In this document: positions 11,027 to 21,994 of the stretch, piece by piece
Numbering within the stretch: position 1 is the stretch's first letter
How the letters are laid out: each line of letters begins with the position of its first letter
IMG/VR virus record: IMGVR_UViG_3300023174_000064
Coordinates: 82,038 to 146,037 of that record
DNA from: a virus
DNA length: 64,000 nucleotides
Reading direction: 5' to 3' (one strand)
Notes under the pieces: generated by a model
Database searches by the model: none
Seen by the model: the letters and a program-made list of their open reading frames with translations, nothing else
What the model was told of the DNA's origin: nothing
Made by a program: the position numbers and the translations under genes

Positions 11027-11716
11027 TTAAATAATACTTCTGATTGTTAATCCGTTTCGGAAACCAATATAACCAGTCGTTCCCGTTCTGACTGCAGTAA
11101 ATATAGGAACCATGTATTCTCCAGTTCCTGCAGTTCTACCAAAACCACTGATTTGTAATTTTAATCTGTCTGCACCACAAGGTCCGTTTACAAAATTCAT
11201 ATTATGGGAATCTTGTAGTGTTCTGTCTTGTGTTGTGCCTGCTGTATCGTTTGTTGTGCAACTAATAGTTACTGGTTTGATCACCATACCGTAATCTCCA
11301 GTACTTCCTGTTGCTCCAGTAAATCCACTCATAATAGTTCTTGCAGTATTATTATAAACCCAAACACCAAGACCGCCATTAGTGTTATTGTGTTTGATGA
11401 GATACCATCCAGCACTTCCTGTTGCAGTAATAGAAGTAGAACCACTAGAAGAAATCAGAGAAGAAGTATAAGGCGTACATCCATCCCAAGGAACGGTTCC
11501 AGCTGTCCATCCCTGACTTTGTAAACCACTATTTAATGTATTTTGTACATAAAATATTTCTTGAATTTCATTTAATTCAGATGCTTGTAGTGGATATCCT
11601 GCTTTAAATGCAACAGCATAATAATTTTTTGAAGCGTTTATTTGAGATTCTACTCTGCTTCTAAAAGGATTTTGGTTGAACGGAAATCCGCCTGTAAATG
11701 GTGTTGGTATTGGCAT
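11027..11716 (-). CDS. Virion structural protein with DUF4815-like N-terminus
   Basis: NYYAVAFKAGYPLQASELNEIQ motif. Confidence 0.65.
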   Translation of the reverse strand: MPIPTPFTGGFPFNQNPFRSRVESQINASKNYYAVAFKAGYPLQASELNEIQEIFYVQNTLNSGLQSQGWTAGTVPWDGCTPYTSSLISSSGSTSITATGSAGWYLIKHNNTNGGLGVWVYNNTARTIMSGFTGATGSTGDYGMVIKPVTISCTTNDTAGTTQDRTLQDSHNMNFVNGPCGADRLKLQISGFGRTAGTGEYMVPIFTAVRTGTTGYIGFRNGLTIRSII

Positions 11717-11740
11717 AATTCTATTTTATTTAGTATAAAT

Positions 11741-12838
11741 TTATGTATCGCATGTAAATAATTCGTTTGGAAACGTATAACCGCTATTTGGTAGTAATTG
11801 TGCAAAATCTGATAATTTTATTACACCAAAACTAACACCAACAGGATATTGTGAAATTTCTACATCCCAAGTTGGAAAAATATAAGTTGGAGCAGCCAAA
11901 CCGGAGATACAACCAAAAGTATAACCTATACTTTGTTTGGAACCTAAAGTATAACCAGTATAATTTTTTATTTTTGGTATTTCGTATACGGTTATTAGTG
12001 ATTGTGCATTGTATTCATTATTAAATATATCCGATCTGTAATTAAATAAATCACGTAATCCTGCTGGATGCATGATTGGTCTGACAACGCCAGTGTACTC
12101 TTGATCACTTAAATTTGCACAATTAATAACGTAAGAGTATTCTTGCCATACATCACCGTCTCCCATAACCGACCAATTTAATCTGCTTCCTGACAATTGA
12201 ACATAGCTGGAAGAAACTTCAGCAGAATAATTGCCTAAAGGATTTAAATTATCTTGCATCCAATCAAAATTACCACCATTTAATCTAAAAAGGTATCTTT
12301 TAGGATAAGAAATAGAAATATTTTCTACTGGAATATTAAAAACTGTGTTTATTAACAGTTTAATACTTTCCTCTGATCCTTTCTTTGAGTATATGTTAGA
12401 TTTTATATTTTTTATTAAATCAATAAGTCCAGTTTCACTGATAATTCCATTAGTTATGGATTGTTCCGGAATAGCATTCACATAAGAATTTGCAACATTT
12501 GTTAATAAACTGGTTGGTATATTTTCTAAATTTGTTAAATCTTCTAGACTGAAAAAATTAATGCCTGTAATATCATTACATTCGCAAGACAACCATTTAT
12601 AATATTGTTCCGTTAAAGATATTAAAACAGAATTTGAATTGTTATTAGATATTCTTAACCAATACGGAAATAAATTTGCAATGTTTTGCGGATAATGACA
12701 AGTAACTCCAGCAGTTTGTGTTTTTACAAAAAATGAAGAAAGATTAGTGGAAGACGCATCAAATTCACCACCACTCAAACCTAAAGTTGTTGGGTTTGTA
12801 TTTAATTCGTAATTATTATTTTTAAAAATTAAAATCAT
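11741..12838 (-). CDS. Baseplate wedge protein (gp7-like)
   Basis: IKSNIYSKKGSEESIKLL, QEYSYVI and MHPAG motifs; follows gp6. Confidence 0.7.
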   Translation of the reverse strand: MILIFKNNNYELNTNPTTLGLSGGEFDASSTNLSSFFVKTQTAGVTCHYPQNIANLFPYWLRISNNNSNSVLISLTEQYYKWLSCECNDITGINFFSLEDLTNLENIPTSLLTNVANSYVNAIPEQSITNGIISETGLIDLIKNIKSNIYSKKGSEESIKLLINTVFNIPVENISISYPKRYLFRLNGGNFDWMQDNLNPLGNYSAEVSSSYVQLSGSRLNWSVMGDGDVWQEYSYVINCANLSDQEYTGVVRPIMHPAGLRDLFNYRSDIFNNEYNAQSLITVYEIPKIKNYTGYTLGSKQSIGYTFGCISGLAAPTYIFPTWDVEISQYPVGVSFGVIKLSDFAQLLPNSGYTFPNELFTCDT

Positions 12839-12842
12839 TTAA

Positions 12843-14564
12843 TTATGTGGATTGTGTTATATTTGTATTAAATGATGCAGTCAATAAAAATTCATCCTTT
12901 ATTACGGTAGAGTCTGGATATCGTGGATATGCTGTCATGTCTATAGATTTATTTTTTGCTAACACGTTTTCGCTTATTACAGCATATCCATCAGAATAAT
13001 TTACATACCCTAAATAACCAAAACCACCAATTAAAGATGAATTTGCATCCACAGAAACAAGTTTTCCTTCTGTTGCTGTTCCGGTAGAATCAAATGTAAT
13101 AGGTGTATCTGCCAAATAAATTGTTTGACTGCTATACGATAATCCTGTTGTTTTTATTGCATTTCCGTATGCTGCTGTGCTTCCAGGTCTTAATTGATTT
13201 TTAAAGTTTACTAATTTTTGGCCATCGGAACCACATACTCCTAAAACAAAATTTAAAGAATTTATTCCTATACTTTTTATATTTGTAAAATTTGCGTCCG
13301 CCACAGTTTTCATATCTGCCACTCTAATATTATTATTAAATATTCTAGGACTATTATAATAATTTTGTAATATACCAGCCAAACCAGTCACCGATGTTGA
13401 ATTAGTTGTTACTACATCTAACGTAATGTTAGCTGTTATTGGTTGTGCCTGAACATATTCAGGTAAAGTTCCTATTATTGATTTTGCCTTTAAGAATGCT
13501 ATAGAATTTTTAACTTGTAAAGATCCTGCAGTAATTCCTGTGTTTGCAAAAGAAACAAATATTCTACCATATGCTGGAGGTGTTGCCGTATCTCCTCCCC
13601 ATATATTTAATTGTTCTTTTTGGGTTATAGACGAAGGTAGTAAATTTGAAGATAACAAAAAGCTGTAATAATCTTCTTGTGTTACTGCTCTTTGATTAGC
13701 TGCAAACGATTTGGGAGCAGAATAACGAATTGCGTCTAGATTGGGAGAATCTGTTCCACCAGAAGTAGAAGTAGAACTTTTTATTGTTATACTTGCATTT
13801 TTTATAGAAGTAATACTGTTTGCTGCAGTTCCAGAAGAAACCAAATAAGAAACCTGAACAATGTCGGATTCGTTTATTGTCTTTCCTTCAGAAGTTGAAT
13901 AACTACTCGCATTTGTTTTTCCAAATACTAGTTGAAATCCATCTACAATTCTTTCAACATAGAATATTTCACTATCAGAATTTGGTATTTGTGAACCATC
14001 ATATCGGGTCCATAGTGTTCCGTTAACTTTAACACTAACAGTAACTGGATCTATAGTTCCTAAGAAAGCAGTTTGTTTATTTAAATCTACGGATATTGTT
14101 AAATCCTTAACAACGCTGTTTGCTTCGTATACTGTAAATTCAGTATTTGTTGATACATTTACATCACTTATTGTATAAAATTTATAGGTAGAACCAGAAA
14201 TATTATTTCCAGTAAATGTTGTAGAATATCTTAATACTTTAAATGGGCTTGATGGATTCAAAGAATCTGCTATAATTTGTGATGTTGCACAACTTTTGCT
14301 AGGAACAGATACGCCTAACATATTGGCAAGGCGAACCACATTATTTTCTATTTGAGCAGTATCTAAAAATGTTTCATTTGCTATCATATTTGTATAATAG
14401 CCGTAGAACATGGTGTTATACGCAAGAACATCTAATAAAAGATTTAAAGTACTTCCACTAAAATCATATCCAGAAAATTCTGGTTTAGAACTAAGGTATG
14501 ATTTTAATGATGCTTTTACTCCATCAAAATCTAAAGACGAAATGTTTATTGGTGTGTTTGCCAT
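12843..14564 (-). CDS. gp6: Baseplate wedge gp6
   Basis: LDFD..K.SLK, YDFSGS..LLDVLAYNT, ANETFLDTA and NQRAVTQEDY motifs. Confidence 0.93.
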   Translation of the reverse strand: MANTPINISSLDFDGVKASLKSYLSSKPEFSGYDFSGSTLNLLLDVLAYNTMFYGYYTNMIANETFLDTAQIENNVVRLANMLGVSVPSKSCATSQIIADSLNPSSPFKVLRYSTTFTGNNISGSTYKFYTISDVNVSTNTEFTVYEANSVVKDLTISVDLNKQTAFLGTIDPVTVSVKVNGTLWTRYDGSQIPNSDSEIFYVERIVDGFQLVFGKTNASSYSTSEGKTINESDIVQVSYLVSSGTAANSITSIKNASITIKSSTSTSGGTDSPNLDAIRYSAPKSFAANQRAVTQEDYYSFLLSSNLLPSSITQKEQLNIWGGDTATPPAYGRIFVSFANTGITAGSLQVKNSIAFLKAKSIIGTLPEYVQAQPITANITLDVVTTNSTSVTGLAGILQNYYNSPRIFNNNIRVADMKTVADANFTNIKSIGINSLNFVLGVCGSDGQKLVNFKNQLRPGSTAAYGNAIKTTGLSYSSQTIYLADTPITFDSTGTATEGKLVSVDANSSLIGGFGYLGYVNYSDGYAVISENVLAKNKSIDMTAYPRYPDSTVIKDEFLLTASFNTNITQST

Positions 14565-14570
14565 TTGAAA

Positions 14571-14942
14571 TTATGTTTGTATTGTTACTGTTTTTGATAT
14601 ATTTTTATCGTACACTGGAGTAAAGGCTATATCTATTATCCAGCTATTAAATCCGGTATTTTTAATATCTATATTTTGAATAATAGCTCTAGGTTCCTGT
14701 AACTGCAATTCACCAAATATTAACATTTTTGCATCATCTAATTGAAACGGCAATAAAGAACTAAAATCTAACAAATTTGCATTAGTACCAAATTTTAAAT
14801 TAAATAATTTTTCATTTTTATTTGTTAATATAATAGTTTTTATCGATTGTGATATAGCATTCAAATCATATTTTACTCCAATATCATCAGATATGACGTT
14901 TTTTGTTAAATTAGAATCGATATCAAAGTAAATTTTTTTCAT
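14571..14942 (-). CDS. gp25: Baseplate wedge gp25
   Basis: AISQSIKTIILTNKNEKLFNLKFG...EPRA motif. Confidence 0.85.
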   Translation of the reverse strand: MKKIYFDIDSNLTKNVISDDIGVKYDLNAISQSIKTIILTNKNEKLFNLKFGTNANLLDFSSLLPFQLDDAKMLIFGELQLQEPRAIIQNIDIKNTGFNSWIIDIAFTPVYDKNISKTVTIQT

Positions 14943-14953
14943 GATTGTTATCT

Positions 14954-15964
14954 TTATTTATCTGTTTTATCAATAAAAATTTCACTAGTTCTGTTTGGAT
15001 CTACGGTTGGATAATCTCTCATCAGATAAAGATACATTGAGTGCTTTCCTGGTTTAATTATTCTTTCTGCTTTATAAACCATCCAGTAACCATCTAATCT
15101 AGATCTTAGCACATCTGCGTTTCTATTGTCTGTAGGTCTACTGATATAAACTAAAGAACCTGGTTTTACAGTAAAATCACCATTTACTAAAATTTTAATT
15201 CTTAGGTATCTTAATAAAGCAACCTGTGCTTTTCTATACAAAGGAGTATGCTCGGGAGTATTCCAAAAAGTAGCATTAGTTTTAGAGTACTCTAAATAGT
15301 ACGGAAAATTTGAACCAATTAAAGTTGGATAAATTGCTTGATTTGCTGCAGACTTATCTTCGATATTATCCAATACGCTATTGGTGTCTTTTACATCCCA
15401 TGCACTATTTTCAGAATCATCAGTACTAAATGTCTTTCTAATAGCATAAGGAAAATACCCTCCACCAATCGATGATCCTAATCCTTCTTTTTGTGATAAA
15501 TCTTTTGTTGTTTGTAATGGTCCCGGTTCACCAATTTCAAATAAAGAATCTTGCCACTGAAATCTTCCATATTCTTTGGATCCCATACAATTGTATGTAC
15601 TGTCTTTATTTGAATAGTCAATACCACCCCATTTTACATATTCTGCCGACTTAAATCCATTTTTAACACCAAATTCTCTTCTTATAAAATAACATTCTTG
15701 AGATTGGTTTCTGGCTCTTTCCAGTTCTGATATTGAGGGTTCAGGATCTGCCGGTCTCAATTCAATTAGTGCATTAGGGCAGTTGCAGTCTGGGTATTCT
15801 TTTGGGCAATTTAAATTGCTAACAGGACCCCATATACTGATACAGTCCATATCACTACTCATGTTACTGGTTGTATTAAACTTTGAAGGAAATACCGTTA
15901 AAGAATCGCTATTTAAACGATCTTCATACGAAATATTCAAAGCTGTGATATGGTTATTTAACAT
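14954..15964 (-). CDS. Baseplate hub-like protein (C-terminal hub barrel)
   Basis: C-terminal IKILVNGDFTVKPGSLV...LDGYWMVYKAERII resembles gp27/hub C-termini. Confidence 0.5.
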   Translation of the reverse strand: MLNNHITALNISYEDRLNSDSLTVFPSKFNTTSNMSSDMDCISIWGPVSNLNCPKEYPDCNCPNALIELRPADPEPSISELERARNQSQECYFIRREFGVKNGFKSAEYVKWGGIDYSNKDSTYNCMGSKEYGRFQWQDSLFEIGEPGPLQTTKDLSQKEGLGSSIGGGYFPYAIRKTFSTDDSENSAWDVKDTNSVLDNIEDKSAANQAIYPTLIGSNFPYYLEYSKTNATFWNTPEHTPLYRKAQVALLRYLRIKILVNGDFTVKPGSLVYISRPTDNRNADVLRSRLDGYWMVYKAERIIKPGKHSMYLYLMRDYPTVDPNRTSEIFIDKTDK

Positions 15965-15986
15965 TTTTAAATATTTATCTTATTTT

Positions 15987-18368
15987 TTAACCACCAGTAC
16001 AATCAGCGCAGAATCCATCATGTGCATTTTCTGTATCAAACAAGAACAAATAATCTCTTTCTACTCTGTACGGTTCGTCAACATCATCTTTTGTTTGTGC
16101 CACAAATCCCGTAGACGCCATATCATTTACACCAGGTAAAATTATACTTTGAATGGTTTCTTTAGGTATAGCAGACATTTGGACTACTCTTCCAGCATAG
16201 TAAAATCCTTTTTCATTTCCATCTGGTGTTTTGCCATCGTGTAAGAAATCTGGGCAATTAGCAGAAATAACCCGAAATTTACCTACAGGTAACATTTGTG
16301 ATTTTTTTGGATAAGCAGTTTTTTCAGCATCATAATCTCCTAATATTGTTGATATTCCAGGATTCATTATCACACTTTTAATAGATCCGTCTGTTTCAAA
16401 TGCATCGGGAATTCTTGAATTTAAAATTTCATTCAAATTATAAGCTCTATTGTCTTTTGTGTTTATTGTTACTTCTTTTATTTCATTTCCAGATGCAGTA
16501 TCTGTTGTTCCGGTTTGTTTGATTACGTTTATTTTTTTCTCTTCTGATATTTTACCTTGCAGGGCCCATGGTGACTGTACAAATATAAATGGAAAATCTG
16601 ATGAATCTGCTCCTTCTGTTTCAAATTCAATAATTTGTTTTCCTGCATCTAACATTTTAGTTATTTTGTTGATTCCGCCCTCTCCCTTTTCTTGAGGCCA
16701 TAATTCAACTTCCACCCAAGAATATGCCCATATTCCAGAAGAATCCTCTTTAGGAAATGCAGTAGAACCAGTAGAACCATAAATTTTTTCTGCACCCGTT
16801 ATTATTGCAAAAAAATTACTAGGAACAGGACGTTCACAACACATTTTTTTTCTGTAAACATCCCAAATAGTTTTTTTATTTTTTAAATTGATGTATTCTT
16901 CACCGTAAATTTTTGCGCTATTTTTAATATCATTTACTACAGACAATATAGAACCTGGTAATTCACAAAAATCAAATTGTGATTGCCAATATTCTTTTTC
17001 TGTTGTGTGATTAAATGATTTTATTTGCCAAGATGAAATTTGTTTTGCATTATATGGAGCAGAATAAAAACCAAAAACATTATCGGTTAGAGCATTAAAT
17101 GTGTAATTATTAAAAGCTAATAATTTATCACCAGTATATCCATGTGGTGTTTCTGTTCCATAACCACCAATGCTAGTAGGATCTATAATAATTTCATTAT
17201 TTTCGTTTGTTGTGTATCGTGGTATTCCTGTTGCGTCTTGAATAAAATCTATTCTGTCAACAAATATACTAGTTTTATCATCTGCTTTCTTTCCAGAAAT
17301 ATCATACCATTTTCTAAAATCTAAAGTATAATTATAATTTATAGTTTTAACAGTAAAACTTTTCATAACATCAACAAATCCTCTATAAGGATCTTTCCAA
17401 GCTGGTTTTACTCTATCATAAGTAGAAAATGCTGCACCACTATCTAAAATATAATTAGTATCAATATCATTTATAATTTCCATAGAAAATAAAGCGTCTT
17501 CTGCAAATTCATTTAAATGCGGTCGATATGTTTTTATATTTTCTGAATTAGGATCCATCAAATCTTCTTGTGCATCCTCCATCAGTCCTTCTATGCATTT
17601 AAAATTCCATTTATCAAGATCTTCCCAAAAGAAAAAATTTGCAGCATTTTTATTTTTTTTATAACAAGCATACTCACAAATATAATTCATTAGCTGTGAA
17701 ATTCTTAAATTATTTGCATCTTTTAAATACGGATAAAATGTAAACGCATTTTTTATCCATATATCATTAAAAGTCTCGTGAGCTTCTAGAGGTTTTTTTG
17801 TTTTATTACTAGCTTGGCTCATAATAAATTGAACAAATCCTCTTTCCTTATCTAATATCTCTGTTGGTACATTTATATCTTCTAAATATTCATTTAATAC
17901 AGGATCAACAGTAGATTCTGATCCTTCTACTTTTGATATTTTTCCTATAAAATCATCAACTATTATTTGAAAATTTTTCCAAAGAAATTCATCGGAAACA
18001 AAACTTATTGTTGTTTTTATAGGAGAACCAGAAGGTCCGTGTATAGTTTTTTGAGCAAGATTGCTTTGTGTTTTTATTTCTGATATTTTAAAATCATGTA
18101 CTTTTCCATCAAGTATTAAACGGATCCAAGAAGAATCACTACTAAGATTCCACTGATCCAATATATTGGAAGAGTCCACAAAAGACAAATATCCAAATAC
18201 TGTTGGAGAAAACATGTCTTCGTTTATTATAATTTCTTCCAGTGAGAAATATTCTCCTCCTTCATCGTTTCTTGGATATAACTCAAAAGGAGATAAAGTT
18301 CCTTGTGTTTCTTTATAGAGATATACTCTTATTGCTACGTTTGGAGAAAGTACTGCCATATAATTCAC
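15987..18368 (-). CDS. Baseplate hub-like protein (N-terminal part)
   Basis: IINEDMFSPTVFGYLSFVDSSNIL and NFFFWEDLDKWNFKCIE motifs of T4-like hub proteins. Confidence 0.55.
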   Translation of the reverse strand: MNYMAVLSPNVAIRVYLYKETQGTLSPFELYPRNDEGGEYFSLEEIIINEDMFSPTVFGYLSFVDSSNILDQWNLSSDSSWIRLILDGKVHDFKISEIKTQSNLAQKTIHGPSGSPIKTTISFVSDEFLWKNFQIIVDDFIGKISKVEGSESTVDPVLNEYLEDINVPTEILDKERGFVQFIMSQASNKTKKPLEAHETFNDIWIKNAFTFYPYLKDANNLRISQLMNYICEYACYKKNKNAANFFFWEDLDKWNFKCIEGLMEDAQEDLMDPNSENIKTYRPHLNEFAEDALFSMEIINDIDTNYILDSGAAFSTYDRVKPAWKDPYRGFVDVMKSFTVKTINYNYTLDFRKWYDISGKKADDKTSIFVDRIDFIQDATGIPRYTTNENNEIIIDPTSIGGYGTETPHGYTGDKLLAFNNYTFNALTDNVFGFYSAPYNAKQISSWQIKSFNHTTEKEYWQSQFDFCELPGSILSVVNDIKNSAKIYGEEYINLKNKKTIWDVYRKKMCCERPVPSNFFAIITGAEKIYGSTGSTAFPKEDSSGIWAYSWVEVELWPQEKGEGGINKITKMLDAGKQIIEFETEGADSSDFPFIFVQSPWALQGKISEEKKINVIKQTGTTDTASGNEIKEVTINTKDNRAYNLNEILNSRIPDAFETDGSIKSVIMNPGISTILGDYDAEKTAYPKKSQMLPVGKFRVISANCPDFLHDGKTPDGNEKGFYYAGRVVQMSAIPKETIQSIILPGVNDMASTGFVAQTKDDVDEPYRVERDYLFLFDTENAHDGFCADCTGG

Positions 18369-20209
18369 TTAATATTAATTTTTATCTCACTTTTTGTTTT
18401 TAAGTCTACACTTAATTGATTTTTTATAGTTTGGATGTTTGTTTCTGATATTGTGTTTAATTGCAATTGATCGTATGTTTTTTGTTCAACTGCATCTTTT
18501 TTTACCGTAATAAATTCATTATTTTCTGCGTCTTTATATCCTGTCAAATAAACATCTTTCCAATTATTACCAACAGACGGTTGTAATTCGTTTCCACCTT
18601 GTATTATTTTAGTGGTGGAATCCAAATGTCTTTGTACAGAAAGTAATTGATGCTGAATAATATAACTTTCATAAACATCACCATTACTGTCATGGTCTCT
18701 TATAGAAACTGAAATAGAAGCAGGATCAGTATTTGCCGTATTGCCATTCAATAATTCTGGTATTACGTCTGGATACACATAAGATTTTACCACTATTCTC
18801 TTAAAATCAGTATCAACCGAATCAATTACTCCAGAATATTTTTTATTTGTGCCTGTTTCTTTCGCAATAATGTGCTCATCGCCTGAATTTATTTCAGAGA
18901 AAGTTCCAGGTAATGCAGACGGTATAACCTTTTGTAAAGATATTGGTGGAGAAAAATTATTATACATTGTTGCAATTTTACCCCATATCACCATTTTTCC
19001 TTCTGTTGTGAGAGCTGCAGAATGATATCTACCAGCAGAAATTTTGGAATATACTCCGGATGGAATGTCTAACTGTCCATCTAACGTGTTGCCACCACCG
19101 TAAATTGTTCCGTTATCCTTTAATGCCAAAAAATGATTGTATCCTAAAGCAACCGCAGTAATTCCCGTGATGCCTTGATTAAAACCTATGAATAAATTAT
19201 TTTTATTGGGTCCCCATCCAGTTACGCCATAATTGCTTTTTGTATTTATACCGATACAATCAGTTCTGTTACAATCAGCATCAAACAAAGAAATACCAGA
19301 AGGAGTAGAAGCAAATCCGTAATAAGTAGGATTGCCATTTTGCTTTAAAGCAACACCACTAGTAAGTCCTTCGGTCCAAGAAGTTTTTACGTAACCAGTA
19401 TCTCCACCATATAACGAAATAAATGTGGTACACGAACCAAAACAAGTAATACCACCATCAGATTTTATTGCTAATATACCGGAATTTGTAGAATTTATAT
19501 AAGAACAACCAGGTAAATTTTTAAAAAAATAATTTCCACCGTACATATCACTGGTACCGCTACTAAACGGGAAAGGATTCCCACCCCAATAATAAATATT
19601 ATTGTTATCAGTTAAAACTGCACTGTTAAATGAACCACAAGAAATTTGTTTTATTCCAGTAACTCCATTTATAACAGGAATCACGCATTGTCTATGGTGT
19701 GGTTGACCGGAGACAGAATCTATTGGTATTTGACCGGCTCCCAAAGCTCTCAAACTATAATTTCCATTACCAATTTCAAAAATAATTAATTGGCCACGTT
19801 TTAATCGTTCCATGTCTCGGTTTATGTCGGTTCCACTATAAGGATTATATTTACCATCAATGTAAGTGGGAGTGTTAAATGTTGGATTGTATTTTGATAC
19901 GTTTCCAAATTGATAAACCAATCCAGGATAGGTATTTTGTAGTTCTGTGTCTGTTTTTGGATCTGTTTCTGGATCTGTAATTAACCATTCTTGTAATGGA
20001 TTTCGTATATTATTTGTTAAAAATAATACCCAGTAGTGATCTGGTGTTTGATATATTCTATTAGAAAATTGATCTGGTCGCTCATCATCTATTCGGGTTT
20101 GTTCGGGAGTAGTGTTTGGTATAGTTATTTCTACATTTTTAAAAATGTTTAAAGCAGTGAAAGTTCCTCCACTAAATCCGTAATTGATTTTAGAAAAATA
20201 CTGTAACAT
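18365..20209 (-). CDS. gp53: Baseplate wedge gp53 with inserted RCC1-like repeats
   Basis: YFSKINY, ERPDQFSNRIY...WVLFLTNNIRNPLQEW; repeats ISCGSFNS, VALGYNHFLAL, ISAGRYHSAAL. Confidence 0.8.
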   Translation of the reverse strand: MLQYFSKINYGFSGGTFTALNIFKNVEITIPNTTPEQTRIDDERPDQFSNRIYQTPDHYWVLFLTNNIRNPLQEWLITDPETDPKTDTELQNTYPGLVYQFGNVSKYNPTFNTPTYIDGKYNPYSGTDINRDMERLKRGQLIIFEIGNGNYSLRALGAGQIPIDSVSGQPHHRQCVIPVINGVTGIKQISCGSFNSAVLTDNNNIYYWGGNPFPFSSGTSDMYGGNYFFKNLPGCSYINSTNSGILAIKSDGGITCFGSCTTFISLYGGDTGYVKTSWTEGLTSGVALKQNGNPTYYGFASTPSGISLFDADCNRTDCIGINTKSNYGVTGWGPNKNNLFIGFNQGITGITAVALGYNHFLALKDNGTIYGGGNTLDGQLDIPSGVYSKISAGRYHSAALTTEGKMVIWGKIATMYNNFSPPISLQKVIPSALPGTFSEINSGDEHIIAKETGTNKKYSGVIDSVDTDFKRIVVKSYVYPDVIPELLNGNTANTDPASISVSIRDHDSNGDVYESYIIQHQLLSVQRHLDSTTKIIQGGNELQPSVGNNWKDVYLTGYKDAENNEFITVKKDAVEQKTYDQLQLNTISETNIQTIKNQLSVDLKTKSEIKINIK

Positions 20210-20215
20210 TTGTTT

Positions 20216-20947
20216 TTATAGAAAATTAAATCGTTCGGATCTGCTCAATAAACCTAGTGTACCATCGCCCAATTGCATTGCTGGTTCTAATTCTATGAAT
20301 TGTAATTTTATATTAATTGCCAGCGGTTTGTAATCTGTAGTCATAAATGGCGTATTAGAAATGGGAGAATGGTTGATGTCTACACTTTCTAGTACAGAAA
20401 CTAAAGGATTTCCATCCCAATACCATTTAACCGGACTTATATTGGTACCACTGGCATAAAAATACCAAAGAGGAGGATGTGTCATATTTAAAATAGACTC
20501 AGTAAATGTTCCAGGATACATGTAAGTTTGAAAGGCCAGACCTATTTTACTGATTGCTTCTGCATGAGCTGCTGTTTTTGCCACCAAATTCATATCAAAA
20601 ACATGCGTTCTTCTTGCTCCAGGAGTTAAAACGGTCTCTACGTGATCATAAGAAAAGATTCCAAGACCTTCCGCAAACGCATTATCCGTTTCGCTTTCTT
20701 TTAAATCGTATTCGGTTTTATCAAATAAACCTTCACTATCTCCGTATTTACCGGTCATGTATCTTTGAGAATTCCTTGTAGAAAACCTAAAGGGATATGG
20801 AACAGAGATAGAAACTGCCGCATTGCTCAGTACGTGACCTCTGGTACGTTCTGCAACAAAACTACTGTATCTAGCAGCTTTAAATGTCATCCAAACCGGT
20901 ATTTCAGAAGCAGCTGAATCGTTTGGAAAATAATATTCTATAGCCAT
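20216..20947 (-). CDS. Baseplate tail tube cap gp48-like
   Basis: RTHVFDMNLVAK and INIKLQFIELE motifs; divergent from gp4 as in T4-like synteny. Confidence 0.7.
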   Translation of the reverse strand: MAIEYYFPNDSAASEIPVWMTFKAARYSSFVAERTRGHVLSNAAVSISVPYPFRFSTRNSQRYMTGKYGDSEGLFDKTEYDLKESETDNAFAEGLGIFSYDHVETVLTPGARRTHVFDMNLVAKTAAHAEAISKIGLAFQTYMYPGTFTESILNMTHPPLWYFYASGTNISPVKWYWDGNPLVSVLESVDINHSPISNTPFMTTDYKPLAINIKLQFIELEPAMQLGDGTLGLLSRSERFNFL

Positions 20948-20969
20948 TTATAAATATATATTGAAAATT

Positions 20970-21443
20970 ATGGCGTATAAAACTAAATACCAACCCAAAA
21001 ATCCAAATAAATATGTTGGCAACCCATCCAACATTATTTGTAGATCTAATTGGGAACGAAAATTTTGTAAATACTTGGACGAAAATCAAAATATACTAAC
21101 CTGGTCCAGTGAAGAGTTAAAAATACCATATTTATCCACAATAGACAAACAAATACACAATTATTATCCTGATTTTGTATTTGAAGCAAAAATCAACCAA
21201 GCTGAGATAGAAACCTTTATTGTAGAAATAAAACCAAAAAAACAAACAATAGAACCTACTCCTAAAAAAAATAAAAGAGCGTATTTAAATGAATGTATAA
21301 CTTATGAAACTAATAGATGTAAATGGACGGCTGCTGCTTTATTTTGTGAAGATAAAAAATGGAAATTTAAAATATTAACCGAAGATGATTTGTTCAAAAC
21401 TAATACCAAAAAGGAATCACCCATAAATGTCTTCAAAATTTAA
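20970..21443 (+). CDS. gp4: Head completion nuclease gp4
   Basis: PKNPNKYVG, RSNWERKFC, WSSEE, YYPDF and VEIKP motifs. Confidence 0.93.
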   Translation: MAYKTKYQPKNPNKYVGNPSNIICRSNWERKFCKYLDENQNILTWSSEELKIPYLSTIDKQIHNYYPDFVFEAKINQAEIETFIVEIKPKKQTIEPTPKKNKRAYLNECITYETNRCKWTAAALFCEDKKWKFKILTEDDLFKTNTKKESPINVFKI

Positions 21444-21975
21444 TTCAGTTAACGATCTAATTTATACCTTTGAAAGGATGCAAGGATTTCAAAGAGGTAA
21501 TCGTTTTGAAATCTCAATTACACCTCCTATAGGATTACTTTCTCCAAAAACTCCATTTTTTGCTTCCAGTATACAAATACCAACACACGTTACACAGTTT
21601 TATAGAGATACTATGGCTCCTTCTGCTGGTACCATAAGTGTTCCTATAAAACGTCAATACGATGAATTATTTAAAATAGATTTTATAGTTGATTCTAATT
21701 GGGAAGTTAGAAAGTTTTTTGAAGACTGGACAGATTTAATATTTCCAAGAAATTATATAACTGGAAAAAATGCACTCATGGTAAATTATTGGAATGATAT
21801 ATGTGGAACATTTAACATATTGGCATTAGATGAAAATGCTAATACAATGAGAACCATTACTCTAAATCAAGCATGGCCATCCACCATTCTTCCCAGCGGA
21901 TTCAATAACGATATGCCAAACAATTACTTAGTTCTATCAGTTGATATAGACTATCGAAATTACACAATTTCATAA
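21427..21975 (+). CDS. Tail-tube-like baseplate protein (gp54/gp19 fold)
   Basis: NRFEI, VRKFFEDW and LNQAWP motifs. Confidence 0.7.
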   Translation: MSSKFNSVNDLIYTFERMQGFQRGNRFEISITPPIGLLSPKTPFFASSIQIPTHVTQFYRDTMAPSAGTISVPIKRQYDELFKIDFIVDSNWEVRKFFEDWTDLIFPRNYITGKNALMVNYWNDICGTFNILALDENANTMRTITLNQAWPSTILPSGFNNDMPNNYLVLSVDIDYRNYTIS

Positions 21976-21994
21976 ACCCATATAAATATTTAAA

